64,000 bases of DNA from the IMG/VR virus record IMGVR_UViG_3300030102_005172, positions 54,053 to 118,052 of that record, one strand, 5' to 3'. Position numbers and translations under genes: made by a program. The notes beneath the pieces were generated by a model. The model was given only the letters and a program-made list of their open reading frames with translations, was not told the origin of the DNA and searched no databases. The first letter of the stretch is position 1. Every line of letters begins with the position of its first letter. Of this stretch, positions 29,301 through 40,732 are shown one piece after another. Source of the DNA: a virus.

Positions 29301-31109
29301 TTAGCTTTCCCTATTTTCCATAAACGAAACTACAATATAACGAGTACCTTTTGTTGTAGCCCTTGCGCCGTGCTTATGTGTTATATTGCCAGGGTGTAAT
29401 GTTGCGTAACCAATTGGACCTTTTACTAACTTCTTTTGTCTTCTAAACCAAGTACCACCACCCTCGTACTCGTCTAAGTCTGATAATTGTATCAAACAAG
29501 TAATATCTGCTCTATCATGATGTATAGAAAGATGTCCTTGTGCATTTGGTTTATATTTAGCTAAAAAGTTTTCAGATTTCATATCATCCCAACCTTTACC
29601 TTCTAACGCCCATAAATATATGCTAAGTTGCATAACATACTCTTTCATGACATCATTATATATTTCATCCATACCGATTGCGGTTAGTAACATATCTGTT
29701 GTTGGGTAGTTTTCATGTCTATCAACAGTCCATGAGTCTGAATATTCTGCCTCTTCTCTAATTTTTTTACAAAACTCTTCTGTAAATAGTGGGAATGTAA
29801 AACAACTATCAAAAGGTTCATCTACAATCAAATCCCATTCTTTTGTTCTAGCCGAGTATGTAATAAACTTCTTTGTCCATTCTTCTTTATTATCCCAATA
29901 TGAATATAAATCATTATGTAATCTTTGTGAGTCTTGAGGTGGTCTAAATCCCCTAGCCTCATCTGGTAATGTGTCTTGTATCATGTTTAACCAAGTTTTA
30001 TATCTATTATCCCAATTTTGTTGTCTTGCAAATGTTTCTGCTTTGTTTAAATTTTCTTCTAATTTATCACCTTGTTCATTTGAAAAAGCATATGCCGCAA
30101 CAAAAGTATATCTCATTAATCCTGCGTTTTTATTTTCAATGTCTTCATCACTATCTTCTAAAAAAGGTGACTTTTGTTCTTGATTTTTTCCATGTGTAAA
30201 TGAACTAATTAATGTACTTTTATTATTTAGTAATGTTTTTAAATTACCTGTATCTGTTGATAGTACTTTCACTCTACCCATCATCATTTCAAGAGCGGTT
30301 ATACAATATGTTTCAGGATATTGTGATGGATAAATCCACCACTCAGAAGATTTAATTTGTCTAATCAAATCGGATGGATTTAAAGAACCTAAATAATGTA
30401 CATCAAAATTTTTATCATAATTTGGAAAATCTCTTTTGATTCTATTCCATTCGTCCCAATTGTCAGTATAAGGTGGGTTTGCAATCCATAATGTTAATTT
30501 AGGATTTATCTTTTTTAAATCATCCCATATTTGAAGTAAGTTCCATAACCCTCTATCTGGTCCTGATGTATAAATTACTTTATCTTTAAATTTTTCTTGT
30601 GAAATATCATCAAAATCTTGTGGATTTATTGCATTACTTATGACTTTTACTTTATCTGGATTTATATTATATTTTTTAACTAATTTACCTTTTTGCCATT
30701 CTGATACTGCAATTATATTTGTTAATTTAGAATGATTTAGATAGTCTAATCCATTATTTGGTAAAACCTCACCATTGTAAAATGGATAAAATTCTAAATT
30801 ATGTATCCAAAAGTACGATTTGTCAAATGTAATATTTTTTTCTTCAAGGTGTTTAAAATAGTGTATATAATTTGATGCAATTACTACATCAAAGTGTTGA
30901 TTATTTGGAAGATTTCTATAATCAAGATATTTTACATTATTATATGTTTCTTGTTTAACTTGTCCTGTAACATAAACATCATGACCATCACGACCAAACT
31001 TATCTGCTAAATTAATAACACAATACTCAGAACCACCTGTACCATTTTCTTTCCAATCAGTATAACTAAGTGGTTTGTTTTGATATCCTACTGTAAATAA
31101 AACTTTCAT
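29301..31109 (-). CDS. GT-B (GT4-like) glycosyltransferase fused to a PLOD-like lysyl hydroxylase (2OG-Fe(II)) domain
   Basis: N-part: GGSE, IAVSEWQ, YTSGPDRGL, YPSQYPETYCITALE. C-part: FPLFTEEFC, ENYPTTD, NFLAKY.P..Q..L..HHD, YEGGG, LHPG..THKHG..TTKGTRYIVVSF. Confidence 0.88.
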   Translation of the reverse strand: MKVLFTVGYQNKPLSYTDWKENGTGGSEYCVINLADKFGRDGHDVYVTGQVKQETYNNVKYLDYRNLPNNQHFDVVIASNYIHYFKHLEEKNITFDKSYFWIHNLEFYPFYNGEVLPNNGLDYLNHSKLTNIIAVSEWQKGKLVKKYNINPDKVKVISNAINPQDFDDISQEKFKDKVIYTSGPDRGLWNLLQIWDDLKKINPKLTLWIANPPYTDNWDEWNRIKRDFPNYDKNFDVHYLGSLNPSDLIRQIKSSEWWIYPSQYPETYCITALEMMMGRVKVLSTDTGNLKTLLNNKSTLISSFTHGKNQEQKSPFLEDSDEDIENKNAGLMRYTFVAAYAFSNEQGDKLEENLNKAETFARQQNWDNRYKTWLNMIQDTLPDEARGFRPPQDSQRLHNDLYSYWDNKEEWTKKFITYSARTKEWDLIVDEPFDSCFTFPLFTEEFCKKIREEAEYSDSWTVDRHENYPTTDMLLTAIGMDEIYNDVMKEYVMQLSIYLWALEGKGWDDMKSENFLAKYKPNAQGHLSIHHDRADITCLIQLSDLDEYEGGGTWFRRQKKLVKGPIGYATLHPGNITHKHGARATTKGTRYIVVSFMENRES

Positions 31110-31110
31110 A

Positions 31111-32397
31111 TTATTCTACTATATAATTAACAGATTCTTCATTTTCATAATATCGATTGTCATCCCTATAACCAATTTCTTTTATAGAATGTCCTGCCTC
31201 ATCATCCCACATCCAATCTTCTTTTCCAAGTTCTTCAAATCTTTCTTTGATTTGAAAATCATAATAATCTCTAATCAACCTTGCTCTTCGATTAATATCT
31301 ATTCTATTGTTATCAACAGTAGAATCACCATTATTATATTGTACATATAGCATTTTTTTCAGATGTATAAATTTAGTTTCTAAAAATGTTTTAATAATTA
31401 ATTCAAAATCATCTGCTACTGATATGTTTCTACTATGTCCTCTTATTTTATGATAAGTATCTCTATGCCAAACTCTACAATGATTAGGCATTCCTATATT
31501 ATATCTAATAGTTTTTGGATTTATTTCTGGATAATGATGAACTAACCAATCTCTATTATCAATGTTTTTCCAAGTGTGACCTGCGTATCCCCACACAAAT
31601 CCATTATCAGGATGATGATACCAATCATCACCGATGTGACCATAAATTCTTGGTGAATCATCTTTTTCTATTTCTGTTACATCCGTATAAATAAATCCAG
31701 CGTCTTTATGTTTTCTACTTGCATTTAGTACATCCTCTAAACAAGTTGATATTAACCAATCATCATGGTCTAACTCAAATAACCACTCACCATCACATAA
31801 CATAGCCGCTCTGTGTTTTGCTTCACCCACATTTCCACCTGATATTGGGAGTATTCTATGTGGTTTTACTCTATAATCTAACTTTGCTATATGATTTAAC
31901 ATTTCCCAAGTTAAATTATGGTCTTCAGGTGAATCATCTACAACTACCCATTCCCAATTTTGATATGTTTGTTCAACTAAAGATTTGTATGTTCTAAAAA
32001 TTCTTTTTTCTGTTTTATATGTTGGTGTAAATACTGATAATAATGGAGTTTCTTCATTACTATAAATTTCATTTGTTGAACAAGCCCAAAATGTTGAATT
32101 ACAAACTATATCATTTGCAATAATGTTGTCACTTAGTATTTCTTCACTACCAATTATTTTTGATTCAACTATTAGATTATCTATTTCTTCTAATTCAATA
32201 GGTAACTTACCAAAATGAAAAATAACATCTGGTTTATGTTTAGATAAATGTAGTTTAAAGTTTTTACTTGAAGGATATGAGTGTACTACTACTTTTTCAT
32301 ACAAACCTTCTTGAAAATAGACATCTGATGTAAGTTCATATCTTCCAAATCTATTCCAACCATAAACTAAAGCCGTTGGTAAAGTTGTTTTTTGCAT
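31111..32397 (-). CDS. GT2 glycosyltransferase
   Basis: LSVFTPTY, QTYQNWEWVVVDDS, FELDHDD, ADDFELI. Confidence 0.9.
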   Translation of the reverse strand: MQKTTLPTALVYGWNRFGRYELTSDVYFQEGLYEKVVVHSYPSSKNFKLHLSKHKPDVIFHFGKLPIELEEIDNLIVESKIIGSEEILSDNIIANDIVCNSTFWACSTNEIYSNEETPLLSVFTPTYKTEKRIFRTYKSLVEQTYQNWEWVVVDDSPEDHNLTWEMLNHIAKLDYRVKPHRILPISGGNVGEAKHRAAMLCDGEWLFELDHDDWLISTCLEDVLNASRKHKDAGFIYTDVTEIEKDDSPRIYGHIGDDWYHHPDNGFVWGYAGHTWKNIDNRDWLVHHYPEINPKTIRYNIGMPNHCRVWHRDTYHKIRGHSRNISVADDFELIIKTFLETKFIHLKKMLYVQYNNGDSTVDNNRIDINRRARLIRDYYDFQIKERFEELGKEDWMWDDEAGHSIKEIGYRDDNRYYENEESVNYIVE

Positions 32398-32400
32398 ATC

Positions 32401-33003
32401 CTATCTGTATGGTTCACCACCTACCCATAATACAAAAGATTTTCTTACACCTTTTGTTACAGGAGTTATTCTATGTAAATAAAATGATGGAAATATTACT
32501 GCAGCACCTTGTACTCTTGGTGCAACAAGTTTTTTACCAATATTAAACTCTAAATCACCACCTTCGTATTCATCTGAATCTGAAAGTTGTACAGTTACTG
32601 ATATTTTTCTTTGATTTTGTATTTCAATTCCACAATCCATGTGCCATTCATATCCACCTTCTTGTGTTCCATAGTATTCTGTATATTGAATTTGTTCATT
32701 CATGGTAGATAAATCAAACTTCCACATTTTATTATTTGATTCTGCAATCATATCGTGAAGTTTTTTGTATACCCATCCCCATTCTTGATTTTGAGGACAC
32801 CACTTTATTCTTGATTTTCTATAATCTGATTTTTTTGATTGTTGACCTTCGCCTGTTACTGCGTCTTGAAACTCAATTTGTTTGGTCATACCTTCTATGG
32901 TTTGTAACTCTTGTAGAGTAAATCCATCTTTAAACCAATAATAATCGTTGAAATTAACATCCCATCTATAAGGGTTTCTATCGAATCCAAAATTTGTTCT
33001 CAT
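32401..33003 (-). CDS. 2OG-Fe(II) oxygenase (PKHD / prolyl-hydroxylase-like)
   Basis: WHMD, RKISVTVQL, YEGGDL, FPSFYLHRITPVTKGVRKSFVLW. Confidence 0.92.
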   Translation of the reverse strand: MRTNFGFDRNPYRWDVNFNDYYWFKDGFTLQELQTIEGMTKQIEFQDAVTGEGQQSKKSDYRKSRIKWCPQNQEWGWVYKKLHDMIAESNNKMWKFDLSTMNEQIQYTEYYGTQEGGYEWHMDCGIEIQNQRKISVTVQLSDSDEYEGGDLEFNIGKKLVAPRVQGAAVIFPSFYLHRITPVTKGVRKSFVLWVGGEPYR

Positions 33004-33044
33004 AACTTTTTATTTGATGTTTGTATATAAATATTAAAATAATT

Positions 33045-36000
33045 TTAGTAAAAGCTACCACTATGTACAGACCTTACTATGTAAACATCATCACCCTCAG
33101 ACCAACCTTCAGGTTTAAATGTTAGTACACCACCAGTAACTTCAAAGTATCCATCGCCAGGTATTTGAGAACCTTGAGCACCTGCTCCACCACCCGTTCC
33201 TACTGTTCCTGTTGGTCCTTGAGCACCTTGAGCACCTTGATTACCTTTAGCACCTACTGCGCCAGTATTTCCTTTATTACCTTTAGAACCTTTAGTACCT
33301 ACTGCGCCTGTATTACCTTTTTTACCTTTGTTACCTGCGTCACCTGTTTCGCCTGTACGACCTAAGTTACCTTTACTACCTTTAGCACCTGCATTACCTT
33401 GTGGACCTGTATTACCCTTTTGACCTTTTGAACCTTGAGCACCTTCATCACCAGATGCGCCTGTATTACCTTTTATACCTGTAAGACCTGTATTACCTTT
33501 TTGACCTTTAGCACCTGCGTCGCCTGTTTCACCCGTTGCACCTGTTGAACCTTGTCGACCCTCTCCACCTGTTGAACCTTTAGCACCTGCGTTACCTTGT
33601 ACTCCTTTATGTCCCTTGTTTCCTTTTGAACCTTGAGCACCCTCATCACCTGATGCGCCTGTTGAACCTCTATTACCTTTGTTACCAGTTGCACCTTGAG
33701 AACCTACTGCACCTGCGTTACCTTGTGCTCCTCTATTTCCCTTGTTACCCGTTGCACCTTTATTACCTTTTGCACCTGCCGCGCCTGTATTACCTTTTAC
33801 ACCAGTTGCACCTTGAAGTCCTTGAGCACCTTCATTACCTGATGCGCCTGTTGAACCTATATTACCTTTGTTACCAGTTGCACCTTGAGCACCTTGGTTT
33901 CCACTTGCACCTTGAGCACCTCGATTACCCTTTGCACCTTGATTTCCTTGAGAACCTTGATTTCCTGCCGCGCCTGTATTACCTTTTACACCAGTTGCAC
34001 CTTGAGCACCTTGAGCACCTTCATCACCTGAAGCACCTTGTACTCCTTTATGTCCCTTTTGACCTTTTGAACCTTGAGCACCTTGATTACCTTTAGCACC
34101 TGCTGCACCTTGAGAACCTACTGCACCTTGAACTCCGGCATTACCTTGAGAACCTTGATTACCTGCAGCGCCTGTATTACCTTTTACACCCGTTGCACCT
34201 GGTTCACCTTTTTTACCTTTTTGACCCACAGAACCTTGAGCACCTTGAGCACCTTGGTTTCCTTTTGCACCTTGAGCACCTTGATTACCTTTAGCACCTG
34301 CAGCACCTTGAGAACCTACTGCACCTTGAACTCCGTCATTACCTTGAGAACCTTGATTTCCTGCTGCGCCTGGGTTTCCTATTTTACCATCACGACCTAA
34401 ATTACCTTTTTGACCTTTGTTACCACTTGCACCTTGAGCACCTTGAGCACCTCGGTTTCCTTTTGCACCTTGATTACCTTTAGCACCTTTAGCACCTGCC
34501 GCACCTTGAGCACCTTCAGCACCTTGAACTCCGTCATTACCTTGAGAACCTTGATTACCTGCTGCGCCGGTATTTCCTTTATGACCATTACGACCTAAAT
34601 TACCTTTTTGACCTTTATTACCTGCAGCGCCTGTATTACCTTTTGCACCTTGATTACCTTGAGAACCTTGATTACCTGCAGCGCCTGTATTTCCTTTTAC
34701 ACCAGTTGCACCTTGAGCTCCCCTAGCACCTTCATCTACTAAACCACCTACTGCACCTTGAGCACCTTGAGCACCTGCAGCACCTTGTTCACCAGTAAAA
34801 TCTTCCTCTAATATTTGTTCAGGGTCCATGTCAGAACCTTTTTGTCCCTTAGAACCTTGATTACCTTGATTACCTTTAACACCAGTTGCACCTTGAGGGC
34901 CTGTTGCACCTTGAGGGCCTGTATTTCCTTTTGCACCTTGTAGACCTGTTGCACCACCTTCACCTTTTGGACCTGCCGTACCTCTATTCCCTTTATCACC
35001 TGTTGCGCCTGTATTTCCTTTTGCACCTTGTCTACCTGTGTTTCCACTATTCCCAACTGCACCTTGAGCACCTTGTGCACCTGTTTCACCATCAAAGTCT
35101 GGCTCTAATATTCCTTCGGGGTCCATCTCAGAACCTTTTTGTCCCTTTTGACCTGTTGCACCTTGATTACCTTTAACACCAGTTGCACCTTGAGGGCCTG
35201 TTGCACCTTGAGGGCCAGTTGCACCTTTTAAACCTTGTGGACCTTGAGCACCACCTTCACCTTTTGGAGCTCCAGCGCCAGTATTACCTTTTGCACCTGT
35301 TCTACCCGTTGCACCTGTCGAACCTTTAGCACCTGCGGCGCCCCTATTTCCTTTTGAACCTGTACGACCTAAGTTACCTTTAGCACCAAAATCACCCCCA
35401 CTACCTTTATTTCCTTTTACACCTGTTGCACCTTGAGCACCTTGAGCGCCTGTTTCAGCCGCTGCACCTTGTCTACCTGTATTTCCTTTTACACCTTGTG
35501 GACCTTGAGCACCTTGGTTTCCACTTGCACCTTTATTTCCTTTATGGCCTGTTGCACCTGCTGCACCTTGAGCACCTTGATTACCTACTCGGCCTGTATT
35601 TCCTTTTGCACCTTGTCTACCTGTGTTTCCACTTGGAGCGTCTACACCTGCCGCACCCGGCACACCAGTATTTCCTTTATGGCCTGTTGCACCCATTGAA
35701 CCTTTTTGACCTGCGGCGCCAGTATTTCCTTTATGGCCTGTTGCACCCGTTGAACCTTTTTGACCTGCAATACCTGTATTTCCTTTTACACCTGTTGCGC
35801 CTGTATTTCCTTTTGCACCTTTATTACCTGCAGCGCCTGTATTACCTTTTGCACCCGTTCTACCTTGATTACCCGTTGAACCTTTTTGACCTACTGCGCC
35901 GGTATTTCCTTTTGCACCTGTTCTACCCGTTGCGCCTGTTGAACCCTTTGCACCTGCTGCGCCTGTATTTCCTTTTGCACCTGTTCTACCTAAATTTCCT

Positions 36001-37148
36001 GTTGGTGGGTCTGCACCTGCCGAACCTGGCCTACCTACTCGGCCTGTATTTCCTTTTGAACCTGTTGCACCTTGAGGGCCTGTTGCGCCTGTTGGGGCGT
36101 CTGAACCTGCCGCTCCTTGAGCACCTTGAGCACCATTTAGGGCCACATCAGCTGAAGCTCCTTGAGCACCAGCAGACCCAACTTTTCCTTGAGAACCTGC
36201 TGCACCTTGAGCACCTTGAGCACCTGTTGGTCCAAGTTGTCCAGCTGGTGCCAGATGTTCCTCTCCTTTTTGACCTTTTGAACCTTTAGGACCTGTTGAA
36301 GAGTCTGAATCGGTACAAGAACTACAATTTGAGAACCAATCGAAATTATCTACAGTTAAACATAATGCAGTACCATCTGGAAAACTAGCGTTTGTACCAC
36401 TAAAGTTGTAACAAATATTACTGATTTTTGCTACATTGTTTGGTCTTGTATCATCAAATGCAAAACTTGCTGGTCCATATCCACTACATCTTGGTACATT
36501 ATTATACTGAACTGAACATCCCTCATCACCATTAAAAAAGTTGTGTACTACGAATCTATTTACCATGAATAGGTCAGATTCTTCTACATCTAAACTTCTA
36601 ACATCAAAATATCCATATATAGGTTCATCTTCATTTACTTCTTGTACACCATCTATAATTGGTACATATTCGAATGTAGAATTATCTTCTTTTAGTCTTA
36701 CTAAGTAATGATTGTCATAATCACTTGCATTTCCCCACTCAAGACCATCTAATTGTTCAAAGAAAACATTCCATCCGCTTTGAAAAGATGATGTAGTTTC
36801 AGTTTCTTCGTCCCAACTAAATGCTCTATTTTTTTGAGCAACCATGATGTATTCATCTTCATCGAGAGTTAGTGAACCTGATGGTGTTTCTAATGTGTAT
36901 AGTGATTTCCAAAGTCTTGTACCTATTGGTCCTACATCTTTGATAACCTCATTTTCATTTAATTGAAGATATGAAAAATCATCGTAACTACCTGTCCAAT
37001 TTATTGGAATGTCATTATTATTTGTATATGGGTTACCAACAATACTAACACCTACAATAGAAGAACCTGTTTGAAGTGTACCTATTGCGGCAGTATTACC
37101 TGATAGATTTAGTAAAGTATGTTGAGATTTTAAGAAACCACCAATCAT
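33045..37148 (-). CDS. collagen-like fibre protein A: Hint domain, Cys-rich domain, Lys-rich Gly-X-Y
   Basis: N-domain ends [18 protein letters not shown] (Asn203); 6-Cys segment; about 1040 aa Gly-X-Y rich in GAK/GNK/GQK. Confidence 0.88.
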   Translation of the reverse strand: MIGGFLKSQHTLLNLSGNTAAIGTLQTGSSIVGVSIVGNPYTNNNDIPINWTGSYDDFSYLQLNENEVIKDVGPIGTRLWKSLYTLETPSGSLTLDEDEYIMVAQKNRAFSWDEETETTSSFQSGWNVFFEQLDGLEWGNASDYDNHYLVRLKEDNSTFEYVPIIDGVQEVNEDEPIYGYFDVRSLDVEESDLFMVNRFVVHNFFNGDEGCSVQYNNVPRCSGYGPASFAFDDTRPNNVAKISNICYNFSGTNASFPDGTALCLTVDNFDWFSNCSSCTDSDSSTGPKGSKGQKGEEHLAPAGQLGPTGAQGAQGAAGSQGKVGSAGAQGASADVALNGAQGAQGAAGSDAPTGATGPQGATGSKGNTGRVGRPGSAGADPPTGNLGRTGAKGNTGAAGAKGSTGATGRTGAKGNTGAVGQKGSTGNQGRTGAKGNTGAAGNKGAKGNTGATGVKGNTGIAGQKGSTGATGHKGNTGAAGQKGSMGATGHKGNTGVPGAAGVDAPSGNTGRQGAKGNTGRVGNQGAQGAAGATGHKGNKGASGNQGAQGPQGVKGNTGRQGAAAETGAQGAQGATGVKGNKGSGGDFGAKGNLGRTGSKGNRGAAGAKGSTGATGRTGAKGNTGAGAPKGEGGAQGPQGLKGATGPQGATGPQGATGVKGNQGATGQKGQKGSEMDPEGILEPDFDGETGAQGAQGAVGNSGNTGRQGAKGNTGATGDKGNRGTAGPKGEGGATGLQGAKGNTGPQGATGPQGATGVKGNQGNQGSKGQKGSDMDPEQILEEDFTGEQGAAGAQGAQGAVGGLVDEGARGAQGATGVKGNTGAAGNQGSQGNQGAKGNTGAAGNKGQKGNLGRNGHKGNTGAAGNQGSQGNDGVQGAEGAQGAAGAKGAKGNQGAKGNRGAQGAQGASGNKGQKGNLGRDGKIGNPGAAGNQGSQGNDGVQGAVGSQGAAGAKGNQGAQGAKGNQGAQGAQGSVGQKGKKGEPGATGVKGNTGAAGNQGSQGNAGVQGAVGSQGAAGAKGNQGAQGSKGQKGHKGVQGASGDEGAQGAQGATGVKGNTGAAGNQGSQGNQGAKGNRGAQGASGNQGAQGATGNKGNIGSTGASGNEGAQGLQGATGVKGNTGAAGAKGNKGATGNKGNRGAQGNAGAVGSQGATGNKGNRGSTGASGDEGAQGSKGNKGHKGVQGNAGAKGSTGGEGRQGSTGATGETGDAGAKGQKGNTGLTGIKGNTGASGDEGAQGSKGQKGNTGPQGNAGAKGSKGNLGRTGETGDAGNKGKKGNTGAVGTKGSKGNKGNTGAVGAKGNQGAQGAQGPTGTVGTGGGAGAQGSQIPGDGYFEVTGGVLTFKPEGWSEGDDVYIVRSVHSGSFY

Positions 37149-40100
37149 TGTAACCTTTTATTTTATTTTAAGAAGAACCACTTGTATACATTAATACTAC
37201 AAATTTTGTACTTCCACTTGTAAATGTTAATAATCCGTCTGTTGCCGAGTATGCGAATCCACCACTTCCACCTATTTCAGCGCCACCAATTAATGTTCCT
37301 AATGCATTTGCACCTTTTTGACCTTTACTTCCTTGACCACCTTGAGCACCTGTTGCACCTTGAGCACCTTGTTCACCTGTTGGACTAGCACCTTGAGCAC
37401 CTTGAGCACCTTGGTCACCTTTTGGACTGGCACCTTGAGCACCTTGAGCTCCTGTTGGACTTGCACCTTGAGCACCTTGTGGTCCTTGAGCACCTTGAGC
37501 ACCTTGAGGACTTGCACCTTGAGCACCTGTTGCACCTTGAGCACCTTGTTCACCTTGTTCACCTGTTGGACTAGCACCTTGAGCACCTTGAGAACCTTTT
37601 GGTCCTTGAGCACCTTGAGCTCCTTGAGGACTTGAACCTTGAGCACCTTGAGGTCCTTGAGCACCTTGTGGTCCTTGAGCACCTTGAGCACCTTGAGGAC
37701 TAGCACCTTGAGCACCTGTTACACCTTGAGCACCTTGTTCACCTTGTTCACCTGTTGGACTTGCTCCTTGAGCACCTTGAGGTCCTTGAGCACCTTGAGG
37801 TCCTTGAGCACCTTGAGGACTTGACCCTTGAGCACCTTGTGGTCCTTGAGCACCTTGATTACCTTGAGCACCTTGAGGACTAGCACCTTGAGCACCTTGT
37901 GAACCTTTAGGTCCTTGAGCACCTTGTTCACCTGTTGGACTAGCACCTTGAGCACCTTGAGGTCCTTGAGCACCTTGATTACCTTGAGCACCTTGAGGAC
38001 TTGAACCTTGAGCACCTTGTTCACCTTGTTCACCTTTTGGTCCTTGAGCACCTTGAGGACTGGCACCTTGAGCACCTTGTGAACCTTTAGGTCCTTGAGC
38101 ACCTTGTTCACCTGTTGGACTAGCACCTTGAGCACCTTGGACACCTTGAGCACCTTGAACACCCGTTGCACCTTGAGCACCTTGAGGACTTGAACCTTGA
38201 GCACCTTGTTCACCTTGTTCACCTTGAGCACCTTGAGCACCTTGAGGACTGGCACCTTGAGCACCTTGAGAACCTTTTGGTCCTTGAGCACCCTGTTCAC
38301 CTTGTGGACTTGCCCCTTGAGCACCTTGGAGACCTGTTGCACCTTGAGCACCCGTTGCACCTTGAGCACCTTGCGGACTTGCACCTTGAGCACCTTGTTC
38401 ACCTTGTTCACCTTGAGCACCTTGAGCACCTTGTGGACTTGCTCCTTGAGCACCTTGAGAACCTTTTGGTCCTTGAGCACCTTGAGCACCTTGTGGACTT
38501 GCCCCTTGAGCACCTTGGAGACCTGTTGCACCTTGAGCACCCGTTGCACCTTGAGCACCTTGAGGACTTGAACCTTGAGCACCTTGTTCACCTTGTTCAC
38601 CTTGAGCACCTTGAGCACCTTGAGGACTGGCACCTTGAGCACCTTGAGAACCTTTTGGTCCTTGAGCACCTTGAGCTCCTTGAGGACTTGCACCTTGAGC
38701 ACCTTGAGAACCTTTTGGTCCTTGAGCCCCTGTTGGACTTGCACCTTGAGCACCTTGAGAACCTTTAGGTCCTTGAGCACCTGAATCACCTTGAGCACCT
38801 TGAGCACCTTGAGCACCTGCAGCACCTTGAGCACCTGCACTACCTTGAGCACCTTGTAGACCTTGAGCACCAGTACCTTGGTCACCTTTAGGACCTTTTG
38901 CACCTTGTGCACCTGTATTACCTTTAGGTCCTTGAGCACCTTGTGGTCCTTGAGCACCCGTTGCTCCTTGAGCACCTTGAGGTCCTTGAGCACCTTGAGC
39001 ACCTTGTGGACTTGAACCCGTTGCTCCTTGAGCACCTTGTGGTCCTTGAGCACCTTGATTACCTTTAGGTCCTTGAGCACCTTGAGCACCTGTTGTTCCT
39101 TGTGCACCTTGATTACCTTGAGCACCCGTTGCCCCTTGAGCACCAGCACCTTGGTCACCTTTAGGACCTTTTGCACCTTGTGCACCTGTATTACCTTTAG
39201 GTCCTTGAGCACCTTGTGGTCCTTGCGCACCCGTTGCACCTTGAGCACCTTGATTACCTTGTGGACCTTGAGCACCTTGTGGACTTGAACCTGCCGCTCC
39301 TTGAGCACCTTGAGGTCCTTGAGCACCTTGAGCACCTTGTGGACTTGAACCTTGAGCACCTTGTGAACCTTTAGGTCCTTGAGCACCTTGAGCACCTTGT
39401 GGACTAGCACCTTGAGCACCTTGATTACCTTTTGGTCCTTGAGCACCTTGAGCACCTTGAGGTGATGACCCTGCAGGTCCTTGAGCACCTTGTGAACCTT
39501 TAGGTCCTTGAGCACCTTGAGGACTGGCACCTTGAGCACCTTGATTACCTTTAGGTCCTTGAGCACCTTGAGCACCTTGTGGACTTGAACCTTGAGCACC
39601 TTGTGAACCTTTTGGTCCTTGAGCACCTTGAGCACCTGTTGTAGTTCCACCTTGTGGACCTTGAGCACCTTGAGACCCTTTAGGTCCTTGAGCACCTTGA
39701 GGACTTGAACCTTGAGCACCTTGTGAACCTTTAGGTCCTTGAGCACCTTGAGGACTTGAACCTTGAGCACCTTGTGAACCTTTTGGACCTTGAGCACCTT
39801 GTGAACCTTTTGGACTTGAACCTTGAGCACCTTGTGAACCTTTTGGTCCTTGAGCACCTTGAGCACCTTGTGGACTTGAACCTTGAGCACCTTGTGAACC
39901 TTTTGGACCTTGAGCTCCTTGAGCACCTTGAGGACTTGCACCTTGAGCACCTTGAGAACCTTTTGGACCTTGAGCACCTTGAGCACCTGTTGTAGTTCCA
40001 CCTTGTGGGCCTTGAGCACCTTGTGCACCTTGAGAACCTTTTGGTCCTTGAGCACCTTGAGGTCCTTGAGAACCTTGTGTAGTTCCACCCGTTGCACCTT

Positions 40101-40280
40101 GAGCACCTTGAGAACCTTGTACACTTGCACCCGTTGCACCTTGAGCACCTTGAGAACCTTTTGGTCCTGAACTACCCGATGAACCTTGAGCACCTGTTGG
40201 TCCTTTTGCACCTGTTGAACCTGGCGAACCACCGGCACCTTTTTGACCTTTTTGACCTTTTTGACCTTGTGGTCCTGTGT
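33170..40280. repeat. two low-complexity 9-bp-unit repeat tracts (core CACCTTGAG) encoding collagen triplets
   Basis: About 33170-36300 and 37310-40280, separated by unique sequence. Confidence 0.95.
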
Positions 40281-40722
40281 TATGTACTAATAACTCACCT
40301 ATAAAATAATTGTGGTCAGGTTCTACCTCTATACTTATGAGTTCTATTGGTCCTTCTACATATTTTACTGAAGTGACCTTAATATCGTTGAAGAATAGTT
40401 TACCATCACACTTACAATCTTTATCTGCGCATGATGTATTACCGATTGGTGAAACCCATTCACCATCTTTGAATATTTTTATATCAACGGAAGTTTTTAA
40501 TTCAGTTCCGTCTGAAAGTTTAAGTTCTAAATAGGAGTTTAGTTGTCGTGTAAATTTAGTTACAACCTTGTTGTACCTTACGACACCATTTTCAACATCA
40601 TAACCTTTTATGTAGTCACCAACTTCAATATTTGACAAGTTAATTGGAACACCTTGTCTTTTATTTACTCTTCCTTTGATGTCTACTAAGGTATCTTTAT
40701 GTAATCCATGTATTAATTCCAT
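37168..40722 (-). CDS. collagen-like fibre protein B: Hint domain and Gln/Pro/Ser-rich Gly-X-Y
   Basis: [43 protein letters not shown]|T (Asn148); about 990 aa GAQ/GPQ/GPK with G(A/S)SPQ interruptions. Confidence 0.9.
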   Translation of the reverse strand: MELIHGLHKDTLVDIKGRVNKRQGVPINLSNIEVGDYIKGYDVENGVVRYNKVVTKFTRQLNSYLELKLSDGTELKTSVDIKIFKDGEWVSPIGNTSCADKDCKCDGKLFFNDIKVTSVKYVEGPIELISIEVEPDHNYFIGELLVHNTGPQGQKGQKGQKGAGGSPGSTGAKGPTGAQGSSGSSGPKGSQGAQGATGASVQGSQGAQGATGGTTQGSQGPQGAQGPKGSQGAQGAQGPQGGTTTGAQGAQGPKGSQGAQGASPQGAQGAQGPKGSQGAQGSSPQGAQGAQGPKGSQGAQGSSPKGSQGAQGPKGSQGAQGSSPQGAQGPKGSQGAQGSSPQGAQGPKGSQGAQGPQGGTTTGAQGAQGPKGSQGAQGSSPQGAQGAQGPKGNQGAQGASPQGAQGPKGSQGAQGPAGSSPQGAQGAQGPKGNQGAQGASPQGAQGAQGPKGSQGAQGSSPQGAQGAQGPQGAQGAAGSSPQGAQGPQGNQGAQGATGAQGPQGAQGPKGNTGAQGAKGPKGDQGAGAQGATGAQGNQGAQGTTGAQGAQGPKGNQGAQGPQGAQGATGSSPQGAQGAQGPQGAQGATGAQGPQGAQGPKGNTGAQGAKGPKGDQGTGAQGLQGAQGSAGAQGAAGAQGAQGAQGDSGAQGPKGSQGAQGASPTGAQGPKGSQGAQGASPQGAQGAQGPKGSQGAQGASPQGAQGAQGEQGEQGAQGSSPQGAQGATGAQGATGLQGAQGASPQGAQGAQGPKGSQGAQGASPQGAQGAQGEQGEQGAQGASPQGAQGATGAQGATGLQGAQGASPQGEQGAQGPKGSQGAQGASPQGAQGAQGEQGEQGAQGSSPQGAQGATGVQGAQGVQGAQGASPTGEQGAQGPKGSQGAQGASPQGAQGPKGEQGEQGAQGSSPQGAQGNQGAQGPQGAQGASPTGEQGAQGPKGSQGAQGASPQGAQGNQGAQGPQGAQGSSPQGAQGPQGAQGPQGAQGASPTGEQGEQGAQGVTGAQGASPQGAQGAQGPQGAQGPQGAQGSSPQGAQGAQGPKGSQGAQGASPTGEQGEQGAQGATGAQGASPQGAQGAQGPQGAQGASPTGAQGAQGASPKGDQGAQGAQGASPTGEQGAQGATGAQGGQGSKGQKGANALGTLIGGAEIGGSGGFAYSATDGLLTFTSGSTKFVVLMYTSGSS

Positions 40723-40732
40723 AATTTACCCC

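Noticed and set aside
32401-33003. Oxygenase as a definite collagen prolyl 4-hydroxylase
   Set aside because: X-Pro-Gly (Y-position Pro) is rare in both chains and such oxygenases are common in aquatic phages; substrate unresolved
37719-40238. 839-aa alternative-frame ORF (VLKVLKD...) and many LEHL/STLST ORFs across 33165-40304
   Set aside because: Shadow frames of the 9-bp collagen repeat, which lacks stops in several frames; no RBS or independent signal
33170-40280. Repeat tracts as a CRISPR array or DGR
   Set aside because: No constant repeat with unique spacers, no cas or RT gene; fully explained by Gly-X-Y coding
36540-40722. Hint domains as mobile splicing inteins
   Set aside because: No Cys/Ser1, essentially no N-extein, no homing endonuclease, and +1 Phe in chain A
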